Assembly (NCBI GenBank): GCA_002269645.1
Contig: NIVC01003621.1
Coordinates: 1-64,000, forward strand
Length of the DNA stretch: 64,000 bases
Reading direction: 5' to 3'
DNA from: Macrostomum lignano
Lineage: Eukaryota
In this document: positions 11,622 through 22,114 of the stretch, one piece after another
How the letters are laid out: each line of letters opens with the position of its first letter
Numbering within the stretch: the first letter of the stretch is position 1
The notes under the pieces: generated by a model
The model's input: only the letters and a program-made list of their open reading frames with translations
Told to the model about the DNA's origin: nothing
The model's database searches: none
Position numbers and translations under genes: made by a program

Positions 11622-14470
11622 TTAAAAGTTTTTCTGAAACTGAGACTCGGTCTCTCGTTGGCTTTTCCATTTAATTGTCTGCTCGGGGCCCTCGGTTTGG
11701 CCCACCGACTCGCTGAAGTCTCCGCTGGCGATGCAGATTTTCACTATCACCTCGCGCTTGTTCACCTGTTCGCCGGTTTTCTCAGTTGTGATCAGCTTTC
11801 TTGTTACAATTCGCTTCTTGTTCACGAACTTCTTCGTGCTAGACGTTGTCTGGCTGGTGCTTGACTGGTTGGATGAATCCTGCCTTTGAACCTGCTGCTC
11901 AGCTTGCTGTTGCACCTGCAGCTGTTGCTGCATTTTCTGTTGCTTCTTTTGACGCCGCCGAGCGCTTTTGCTGGATGTTAAAGAGCCTGCAGCAGCGCTT
12001 GTAGTGCTCTCACTAGCGGTGGTCGCCGATATTGTCTCCTCCACCTCCGCCTCCGAGTCCTCCTCGTTAGCATTGTTAGCCTCCTGAACAGCTTGCTCAG
12101 AGGACATTTCAGCAGATGCTTCCACCGTTGACTCAACCGACTGCTCAACCGAAGATGCTTCTACCGTTGACTGCTCAACCGAAGATGCTTCTACCGTTGA
12201 CTGCTCAACCGAAGATGCTTCTACCGTTGACTGCTCAACCGACGATGCTTCTACCGTTGACTGCTCAACCGAAGATGCTTCTACCGTTGACTGCTCAACC
12301 GAAGATGCTTTTACCGTTGACTGCTCAACCGAAGATGCTTCTACCGTTGACTGCTCAACCGAAGATGCTTCTACCGTTGACTGCTCAACCGAAGATGCTT
12401 CTACCGTTGACTGCTCAACGGACGCTTCTTGCTTCTGATCGTCCGCCATTTGCTGCTCAAACGGAACACCTGTGTCGGGGCCAAGCGGCTCTACGTGAAC
12501 GGCTGTCACCTCCTCCTCGATTGGCTGTTGCTCTGCAGTGGCTGCCGCTCCCTCTATCAAACTGAAATTATGGTGTCATTTATTGCTGACGATGAATCAA
12601 TGCATGTTTGTAGCGTGATTACACTGTTTGGAGCGTGGGGAGAGGTTGACTTTAAGTCACTTTGCTCATGGGTCCAAGTGGCGTTTTTTCGCTTATTATA
12701 CATATCGCAAAAACTTGAAAATTTTTCAAAGAGTGACTAGCCACTTGGTATGGGTTGGCCCATTGACTTTATCGGATTGGATCTTGAGTTCTATCCCAGG
12801 AAAAATCAAGTAGTCGAAGCGAAATCAATAAAAATTCAAACCTTTTGTCAGCCTTTTCCTCCTCTCGTTTCTGATCGTCTAGCATTTGCTGTTCGAATGA
12901 GACGCCCGTGTCGGGACCTAACGGTCGCACGTAAGTGGCTGTCACCACTTCCTCAACGGGCAGTTCAACAGGAGTCTCCGAGGCTTCTGCTGTCTTTCCT
13001 TCCATTGAACTGTAGAAATTTTGCAATTGGTGAGATTCTTGTAAGCTAAGTGTGGTCCTGACTCCTTTTGTTTATGGTAGGTTTCACTGAATTTTTACTG
13101 CTGTTCCTATCGAACTCTATTGAAGGGCAGAATATGTACATCTGTGCATGTATATCACAGAAGAATAGTGCTTTACCTGGCGGTCACCTCTTCTCGTTTC
13201 TGATCTTCAAGCAGCTGTTGTTCGAAAGACACACCAGTGTCAGGACCTAGCGGCCGCACGTTGACTGCCGTCACCTCCTCCTCGACGTCTCCGAGCTGCT
13301 CCGGCAGTTCTGCTCCCGACTGTGCCAGCTTCTCCCAATCGGCCAGGTTAGCATCTTCCTCCATCATGGCCAGAAAAGTGGCTTCTTGACCGCTTGTCGG
13401 TTCTTCGGCAGTGCCTTTCGGATGTTCTTGCAGTTGCTTCTCCAGCGACACCTCGGTGCCGGGACCCTCTGGATCCGTGTGCTGCGCCACAATCGGAAGC
13501 TCTAGGCCAGCTGCTGGCTCGGCTTCGTCCATCAGCGACGCCCAGGCTGACACGGAATTCTCATCAATGGCGATGCTAAATCAGTAATAAAACATTTTAA
13601 GATTCAGCGGTTAATCTAGGCAACTTTCAATGCAATTTTTACGGTCTAACCTTGCTACGCCGGCTGTCTCAACGCCTTCCGCTCTGTCTGTCTTGGAGTC
13701 CAGCGTGCGCGATGATGCTACTGCCTGTTTCTCGGCTTGTGTGTGGCTTTGACTGAAATTGTCGGTACACTTTTTACCTCAATAGTAATGAAATTCAAGC
13801 ATACAAACCTTAGAGATTTAGTATATTTAGATTAACTGAGTAGCACGTTATCTGCGTGTACGCTTACGTAAATGAAGCCTCTTCAACCTCGAATTGCTGC
13901 GGCAAACTCTCTTGCTGCGACTCCCAGCTCCAATATTGCTGTTGCTGTTGTGCAAAATCGTTCTGTGGCACCAGCAGTTCCTGCTCCATGCGCTGCTGCT
14001 CCAGCAGTTCCTGCTCCTTGCGCTGCTGCTCCAGCAGTTCCTGCTCCTTGCGCTGCTGCTCCAGCAGTTCCTGCTCCATGCGCTGCTGCTCCAGCAGTTC
14101 CTCCTCCTTGCGCTGCTGCTCCAGCAGTTCCTCCTCCTTGCGCTGCTGCTCCAGCAGTTCCTGCTCATTGCGCTGCTGCTCCAGCAGTTCCTGCTCCATG
14201 CGCTGCTGCTCCAGCAGTTCCTGCTCCTTGCGCTGCTGCTCCAGCAGTTCCTGCTCCATGCGCTGTTGCTCCAGCAGTTCCTGCTCCATGCGCTGCTGCT
14301 CCAGCAGTTCCTGCTCCATGCGCTGTTGCTCCAGCAGTTCCTGCTCCTGCGTCTGATTTATTTCATGCTGCTGTGTCTGCTGCCACTCTTGCTGCCAGCT
14401 TTGCTGCACAACCTCTTGCTGCCAGCTTTGCTGCACAACCTCTTGCTGCCAGCTTTGCTGCGCACCCTCT

Positions 14471-14502
<32 letters not shown>

Positions 14503-16097
14503 TTGTTGTTGCTGCTGTGACTGCTGCCAGTTTTGCTGCACGATCTCTTGCTGCTGCTGTGACTGCTGCCAGTTTTGCTGCACGATCTCTTGCTGCTGCT
14601 GTGACTGCTCGAGCAGCAGCAGATGCCGCACGTACTGCACGGTAGTCTGGCTTTCGCTTGCGCTAGCCAGTTCCACCAAGCCGCGCCCATCTGCGCACCT
14701 GTGAAGTCGGTTGGCCGAAAATTCAATCAGCAGTCGGAGTAGATCTAAGTGGCCTTTCAGAGCGGCCAAAGTTGCGGCTGAATGGCCATTGTCCTGACAG
14801 ACGGCGTTCGGATCGGCTCCTGTGTGATGGTTTGCGTAGGATTTAAAAACGTAGAGCTAAATTCAACTATTAAAGAGAGTACGCCCGTATGTTTTCGCCA
14901 TCAAGCTCAGTAGCTCGTAGCTATCGTTAAAAACTCACCGGCTTCGAGTAGGAGCTGGGCCACCCTGTAGCTGGCATTCTCGATGCACAATATCAAAGCC
15001 GTCTTGCCGTCCCTATTGGTGGCCGCTTTGTTCGCGCCGTGACGCAGAAGCAGCTGCGCCACCTCGAGGCTGTCAACCATGCCGCAGATCATCAGGGCGG
15101 TGAACTGGCCATTGCCGGCGGCGTTCGGGTCGGCTCCGTTGTCTAGCAGCAGAGCGGCAACGGAGTAGGCGTTGTTCTTGGCAGTGATCATCAGCGGCGT
15201 GACGGTGTCTCGGCGTTGCATCGACACGTTGGCCCCTCGCGTCAGCAGGAGGCTGGCCATCTCGGCGTGGTCGTACTGGCAGCACCACATCAGGGCAGTT
15301 TGGCCGTGCTGCTCGTTGCCGACGTCCGGGTTTGCCCTGGCCTCAAGGAGCACCTGTAGATTGTTATTTAAACCTTATTGGATTTTTCTACGAGTGTAAG
15401 ATTCTTCGTATATTTTATAGCGATTATTTTTGCGTCCATTAATTCATACGGCCTTCGTCTCCTTTTTATTGGAGGCAGGGGTCTGTGTGCACTTGGGCGC
15501 ACTTAAAGCGACATTGTTACACAACCGGCAAGAGGCATTGCTGCCCATTCCACCGACTCATTCCGCGGATACGTACGCAGTCATGCGCACAGGCACACAC
15601 CCACGCAGGAGTGTACAGCGGCCCTTACTGTATTTATCGTTAGTCCTCAAGGCCATTAATTGCACGAGAAGAGCCAAGCCGAGATTCCAATTTAGCCCCA
15701 AGTTAATGCGACTGCGCTTGGAATCGAGCCTGGGCCGCTGGCACGTAAGAACGCCGCGCTATAGCACACAAGGCTACGGCTCCCGTCCCCCTCTTACCTG
15801 AGCCACTCCAATCGAGTTGTACTGCGCCGCAATCATCAGGGCCGTACAGCCGAGAGAATCTTCTCGCGCCTCAACTTGAGCGCCCTTCTCCAGCAGCAGC
15901 AGCGCCGCCTCCCAGCGATCCTTGAACGCCGTGGCTATCAACGGCGTCCTACGGAATTCGCTCTCGCGCTCGTTGACATCCGCGCCAGCCGCCAGCATCT
16001 GTCGAAGTTCTTCTAGCCGGCCGAAATAGGCCGCCCAATAGAGGACGTCGGATGTGCTCTCGCCTGGCGTCTGCTCTCTGCTGCCGCCAAGTCCCAT
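11622..16097 (-). CDS. Ankyrin-repeat protein (~1091 aa) with Q/E-rich region, a repeated PLGPDTGVSFEQQ module and an S/E-rich tail
   Basis: Exons 16097-15798, 15353-14939, 14819-13868, 13752-13651, 13575-13177, 13009-12842 and 12561-11622 are all GT-AG and phase-consistent (3276 nt). Several ankyrin motifs are present (RTPLIATA, CTALMIAA, QTALMWCC, VTPLMITA, FTALMICG, KTALILCI; LLxxGAxxN). Confidence 0.85.
12120..12425 (-). repeat. Coding 30-bp minisatellite (EASSVEQSTV)n in the last exon of the ankyrin gene
   Basis: About 10 in-frame tandem copies. Confidence 0.9.
13970..14345 (-). repeat. Coding 30-bp minisatellite (EQQRMEQELL)n in exon 3 of the ankyrin gene
   Basis: About 12 in-frame tandem copies, preceded in the protein by poly-Q and QQSWQQE repeats. 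Confidence 0.9.
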
Positions 16098-16866
16098 GAC
16101 GGATGCGCGCTGTTGGACTGCGATAGGCGCTGAAATGCGTGAACACTGCTCATTATGTTATGATTCTTCTTTTGGTTTTTGAAGACTTACCAACGATCTG
16201 TGCAAGGTTGTTAACCTTGAAATATTGAACTATAATTTTCCGCTCATAGCAGTGGCTTAAACTAACTTACGATTTGTTATGTGATAGACATCTTTATCCA
16301 AAGATTATGTTCATGCACATAAGCCACTTACATTAAGCTTCAATGTTGCCGGTAGTTCAAGCAGTTTCCTTCAAGCCTTAGAATTAAGCATTCGGAACTC
16401 AATGCTTCTCCGACGCAGTCTCTCCCTCCCTGCCCTGAGGCTTGTTTTAAATGCTATTTTTTCGCTTCTTTCTTTTGCAGCCGCCTTCTATGACTGAGCA
16501 ATACTTAATGCTCAGGCTCAGCGAACCAACCCCCCCCCCTCGGGCACGCACCAGACTCGTGTGCGCAATGCCATCGCAATGCGTGCCACAAGCAGCCTAA
16601 AAACTTAGTCAACGACGAGATTGACGATGCATTTTAAAGGCAGAGAGAGAGAGGGGGACGGCAGGGTATATACAATGTGAACATTTCAGCTAGGTAAAGA
16701 GGTTCGGTTTGAGCATGCATAAGAGAGCAGTTCAGCTCAAATCAAATGGTATAAGCAAGAGCTGACTGACTGCCAGCCTGCCGGGGGCAACCAGAGAATA
16801 AAACACAAGGAAACAATGCTGCGAAATTATTGCCAAAAGATTTAACCAGCAGAGGGGGTATATGCG

Positions 16867-16901
<35 letters not shown>

Positions 16902-17927
16902 ACAGGCAATACAAGCGGCTAGACTGGCAAAGTAAAATATGCATGAAAAAAGAGTCTCGTTTTTCTGACAACAAAACCACTTCCAGTGCGGCAAGTTTGT
17001 TTCTTAGTACGTTTTATTTAAGGTACGACGCGAATATTGAAATGAAAAATACGTTGCCTAAGCCACCTTACTCTTAAGGCTTTATCGTCCTATAGTACTA
17101 TGAGTAGACATGATTTTCCCTTAAAATTCTAGAAATCCTTTCAAAAAAATAAGAGTAAAATTGCCGGCATTTCAACAAAAATAACAGCTGCTTGTATCTG
17201 AAGCTCGCTGGAATTCGAGTATAATAAATACGACGAGGATGAATATTTACTTCGATGCTACTACTACCACGATAATAAGTAGCTACATTTGGAATTTAGG
17301 TGATTTCTAAAATCTTTAAATTAAATTACAACATGCATTAAGACAAAAATGAAATGTACATCAATCTCAATTGACTATAGCGTACTATTTCGCTTCCGTA
17401 ATAAAAATACGTAATCTTTACCAAAAGCGTGTAGCAATAAATATTAGCGCAAAAAATGTGTTCTCTAAAAATATGACAGAAGACGCACTTCACCGTCGCT
17501 TGCAGAAAATAAATAAACCACAGGTATAATAATAAATAACTTTAAAAAGCAGATAAAATTACAGCAGAAAATATGATTTTAATGTTTAATTCACACTGAA
17601 AAGTGTGAGCTCACAAAAATGGGGAGTGGTGATTTGGTTCACCGCAAAGAGTGAACTGGTTAATGAACCAGTATCTTAATCCAAAAAGACAGGGCTTGGC
17701 ATACCCCGTCAGCTTTTACTGGCGGAGGGGAATGCCCCCTGTCTCCCGCAAAAATCAAAATATACAAATATGCATCTGTAGGATTTGATAAAGATAAAGC
17801 GTGAAATTCTCGATGAGATACGGTTATTAGCGATTATTTACAAGTTACATGTAAGTCCGTCTCAGAGCTTTGAGTAACCGCGCAGAATCTGTGGTCATCC
17901 AATAACCAACAGTCGCTGGCTCTGAAC

Positions 17928-19755
17928 TCAATTTTTCCCGACGAAAAAGGGAATAAACCGCACAATCAAGTGGAGCGGAGCAGACTTCTTTAACTCGTAC
18001 TGTATCAGACTGTCGCAGTTCGCGCACTGCTTCTTGGCCCTCTCCTGGCACTGCTGATTCGAACTGCTGTCCAACGCCAGTTCCTCGTCCGAGTCGCAGC
18101 TGTATTGCCGGTCTGGAACGTCGCTGAACCGGCACAGGCAGCTGTCGCTCCAGTTCAGCAAACTTGGCAGCGGCGTCAGCTTGATATCAGTCGACAGCTG
18201 CTCAAAGTAGCTGCTCAGCCTGGCTACAGTCAGGTCGGTGATTCGTTCTCCCGACTCGGCGAAGTTTTCCAAGTAGGTCGATATGGCCGCTCTGTTCACC
18301 TGCTTGGACGAGATTGTCTCGCGAAGAATGTTCTCGCTCGGCATGAAGTAGTTCGGAATGAAGCCGTTGGCTGCGCATGTCATGAGCAGCTCGATGGTTG
18401 ATTCGACAAGCTGCAGCAGTGACAGCTGCTCGTGTTCCGATTGCAACAGAAGCCACAGGTAGCAGGTCTTGGCATGGTAGGACTTGAAACCCGCCGGCTT
18501 TAGGTAGCGATGGCAGACCTTCTTCAGCAGAGCGTAGCCGGCTCCGAGCTTTGGCGAGAGCTCTTCAATTAGTCGGCACTCGATTTCGTTGTATGAGTAG
18601 CGCCAGGTATGCGAGTACTGCTTGCTTCGGCCTTTGTACGCACCAATGGGAACTATGTGGATCGGAGCGCTTCCCACTCGCTTGCTGATGCCAAGAGGGC
18701 TGGTGGTCTGTCGGATGACCCACTCTTTCAGCAGCCACGGCCGGTTCCTGCAAACGTATTCATATTTTATGTTTGATGGCTGACAAGCGAGGTACCAAGA
18801 TTACCAAGAGGCTCCAATCCTCGTACATGTATATTTGAATATGGTCAAATCAAGAAATCACTCACTTCAGCGCTATGGTGCAGACAAAGTCAACCTCTCG
18901 GTGTTCCTCGCGTCCACCCACGATGAAGCAGTAGTCATGCGTCACGGCCGGCCCGTGCTCGTGAATTCGCGACCGGGTCCCGGGCTCGAGCTTGCCCTGC
19001 GACAACAGCGCGTTACTATTCGCCAATCGCCAATCGCTAAATTTCTTGCGAAACTTGCCCGGACTGAGTACTTTAGAAGTGGCGCTCGCGTCGGTGAAGC
19101 GACGTCCACGACGGAACAGTTCGGACTTGCCTTTCCGCCTGTAGATTTTGGCTACCATGGATGGCCGCGTCAGCTGACAGAAACCGGGCACAATATTTAT
19201 GACTTCCAGTCCAGCTGGACGCTTCTTAGTCAGCACCAAGTCGATGTCGGACGTGTCCTGGAAGCCCCAAACCTCGCGGACGCTGCCTTGAAAGCGATAG
19301 CCAGAGGGCAACTGGTTGGACCGCATTATCTCGCGACACTCTTCAATAGCCAGCATCTCGTGGTCAACTCGCTCCTCGATGAGTCTGCTGAGTCGATTCA
19401 GCTCGTTTGCACTCGTTCTGGACTGAACTGTGTAGATTGACTGTTTAGCCGCATCTTTCATTGCTTCAGCTCGCGTGAAGTGCACCACAAACAGCTCCCG
19501 TCCATTTGCCGGCATGCATTCCCAATTTTTCAGGCACTCCGGTTCTTTCGGGGATCTTTCGCCGCTTAATTTGTTAGTGGCATCGCTTTGCTGAGTTGGT
19601 TTGCTGCCGCTGGCTGCATTCTGCTTGCCTCTTTGCCTTTTTCCAGAGGGAGCTTTCTCGAGGCTCTTCTGCTGCTGCCAGACCTTTTGCAGGTGCTGAC
19701 GCTGTGGACTGGCCAGATCGGCCAAAAATCCCATTACGGGGCCGAACGCCTGCAT
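17928..19755 (-). CDS. cGAS-like receptor / Mab-21-domain nucleotidyltransferase (~569 aa)
   Basis: Exons are 19755-18866 and 18747-17928 (GTGAGT...TTTGCAG, phase 2). The NTase motif is FQGSVREVWGFQDTSDIDLV (hGS-x11-DhDh) with a third acidic residue in EVDFV. Mab-21 C-lobe motifs are HIVP, WRYSYNEIECRL, YALLKKV and KSYHAKTCYLWL. The start codon is uncertain. Confidence 0.85.
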
Positions 19756-20808
19756 TTCAGAAATCTCTTTAGCCGTCAATGGTGGGTAAGATCATGTCTC
19801 TCTCTATCTCTCTCTCGACTTTCTTAAGTTTGTTACTAAATTTATCGCGTTGAGGCGCTTTGTAGAAATCTATTGACCAATCACCGCTTTACAGCGCTGG
19901 TTTTTACTTTTCAAACGAAGCACACATCAGCACGATAAAGTTTGGTAATATCAATTCATTGGGCGCAGCACGAGCTAATACCAGGCACTCCAGGCCATAG
20001 GATGACTAATGGTGTACGAGCTATTTTTAGTAACAGGTATGGGCTACGGGGTACGAGTTTGCTGGAGTTGGCTCTGGTTCCACTGTCCACCTAGCGTACT
20101 ATTGACTCCACTGCTCTGCAAGAACGGACCGCTATGCACGCTGCGCTTTTACTTGGAAACTCCGAGTTAAAAATGAGACGGCTGAGGCACAGGCGCTAAA
20201 AATAGAATCAGACTTGAAGGAGCGAAAGTACTGCATAAACTAGTATAGGCTGAAAATGTAACTGTCCTATTTTGGTCTCTTTATAAGCTCTACATTATGT
20301 AGCTTAATGTTGACTTACTTGACCTAACTGCAGGGGTCCAGGCATCCTAATACAGCGGGGAGGCGTCGCAGCTGGTGCTGCGGTGTCGCGCAGGGAGATC
20401 CGGTGGTCCAGAAGGTGTTAGCTTTATGTTAGCCACAAGTAATAGAGCGCTGGATTCTCTAAGTAAATATTTATAGAATTCTATTTGAAGCACATCATCC
20501 AGTGTTTCTAAGTCTAGCATCTACTGTAGTTTAGGCAAGTAAACTTAGTATTACGCTGAAAAATTGCAAAAATGTTAATATAACAAACCGGGGGTATTGA
20601 TAGTATTATGGCCTACCTAAACCATGAAAACATAAGTAGGTACACGTAAAATGTGATTTGCGACATCCTGCACCGTAAGAACTACAAAATCTTTGAACTT
20701 GCCAAACCTAGCTATAGCATTCTAACTTTATCTTGTTGCTTATAAAATTGTTGTTCTCAAAAATCAGAACCAAAGTAGATCACTAAGTGTTAAAATAAAA
20801 TATAGTAT

Positions 20809-22114
20809 TGAGGCGGAAGGCCTTTTAGTTCGATAGATGGTATGGCAGCGAAGAGTTTTGTGCTGCATTGCGTGTATATTTATATGTACACAGACTGCGC
20901 GAGATTGAGGGGCCTAGGGAGGTGCGAAAAGGTGGCGTGGCGTGATAGGCTACGCCGACCCCCCCCCCCGGCTTAGCGAGCCGGCTAGCATGGCGCGCAC
21001 CCACCCCACCTGAGCTAGACAGAGGTTTGGGGGCGTTTCCAGTGCGGCTGCACTGGTGCTGCCAGTCGCGTACAGTCTGGCCGCCACACAGCTCCCCCCA
21101 GCACCGAGCTAGGCCCCGAACGTCGGGTGGTAGCCGAGGCCGCGAGAATGCCGAGGAGCGGGCGCCGAAGGCAGCAGGGGCGCGAGGCGGGCACTGAAGG
21201 CGGCAGGGGCGCGAGGCGGGCGCCGAAGGCGGCAGGGGCGCGAGGCGGGCGCCGAAGGCGGCAGAGGCGCCGATGGCAGCAGCAGGGCGCCAGGCGGGCG
21301 CCGAAGGCAGCAGCAGGGCGCCAGGCGGGCGCCGAAGGCAGCAGCAGGGCGCCAGGCGGGCGCCGAAGGCAGCAGCAGGGCGCCAGGCGGGCGCCGAAGG
21401 CAGCAGCAGGGCGCCAGGCGGGCGCCGAAGGCAGCAGCAGGGGTGCGCAGCCGGACCACACCAGAGGCAATCGACAGTCAGTTGCCGCCGTGAGCCGGGT
21501 CGATGCTCCTGCACAGAGGCTGGGGACGTTAGGCTAGCAACAGCGGTGCTAGCCTAGAATGAGCTGCAGCGTGTGGCGCTGGTTGGTCCAACGCGGGGGC
21601 CGAAAGGCGAGACCCCAGGAGCTACCGGGTGGCGGGCTGACTGGGCCGATTCGTGCTGCGGGCCGCGGGGTACTGCTGTAGCTGCTGGGCTGCTGGGCTG
21701 CGGTGCTGCAGGGCTGCTGCTGGGCTGCGGTGCTGCTGTGCTGCCGTTGCAGTCGGCCAAGGCGGTTGGCTGCCAGGACCGCACAGGGCCGACCAGGTAG
21801 GCCCAGCGTTCCGCGCTGGGAGTCGGGCTCACCAATGAGGCGGAAGGCCTTTTAGTTCGATAGATGGTATGGCAGCGAAGAGTTTTGTGCTGCATTGCGT
21901 GTATATTTATATGTACACAGACTGCGCGAGATTGAGGGGCCTAGGGAGGTGCGAAAAGGTGGCGTGGCGTGATAGGCTACGCCGACCCCCCCCCCGGCTT
22001 AGCGAGCCGGCTAGCATGGCGCGCACCCACCCCACCTGAGCTAGACAGAGGTTTGGGGGCGTTTCCAGTGCGGCTGCACTGGTGCTGCCAGTCGCGTACA
22101 GTCTGGCCGCCACA
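20809..22114 (-). mobile_element. Non-autonomous LTR retroelement (TRIM-like), 1306 bp
   Basis: Direct repeats 20809-21088 and 21836-22114 (~280 bp) have TG...CA ends and differ, as far as I can see, only in one poly-C length. A 4-bp target-site duplication GTAT flanks both sides. On the minus strand a PBS (TGGTGAGCCCGAC) follows the 5' LTR and a polypurine tract (GGGGGGAG) precedes the 3' LTR. No gag/pol similarity was recognised in the interior. Confidence 0.9.
21160..21440. repeat. GC-rich 28-31 bp tandem repeat inside the TRIM (CCGAAGGCAGCAGCAGGGCGCCAGGCGGGCG)
   Basis: Direct tandem copies. Confidence 0.85.

Noticed and set aside
13856-14645. Plus-strand Cys/Ser-, Ala/Pro- and Leu/Gln-rich ORFs (keratin-associated or antifreeze-like look)
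   Set aside because: They are antisense shadows of the Q/E-rich ankyrin exon.
20320-20470. GC-rich patch ending in a GTCAAGTAAGTCAA-like tail on the minus strand, possibly an RTE LINE 3' end
   Set aside because: No recognisable RT residues or TSD; too little evidence.
20825-21895. Several ORFs across the TRIM
   Set aside because: They are low-complexity GC-repeat translations with no gag, protease or RT motifs.
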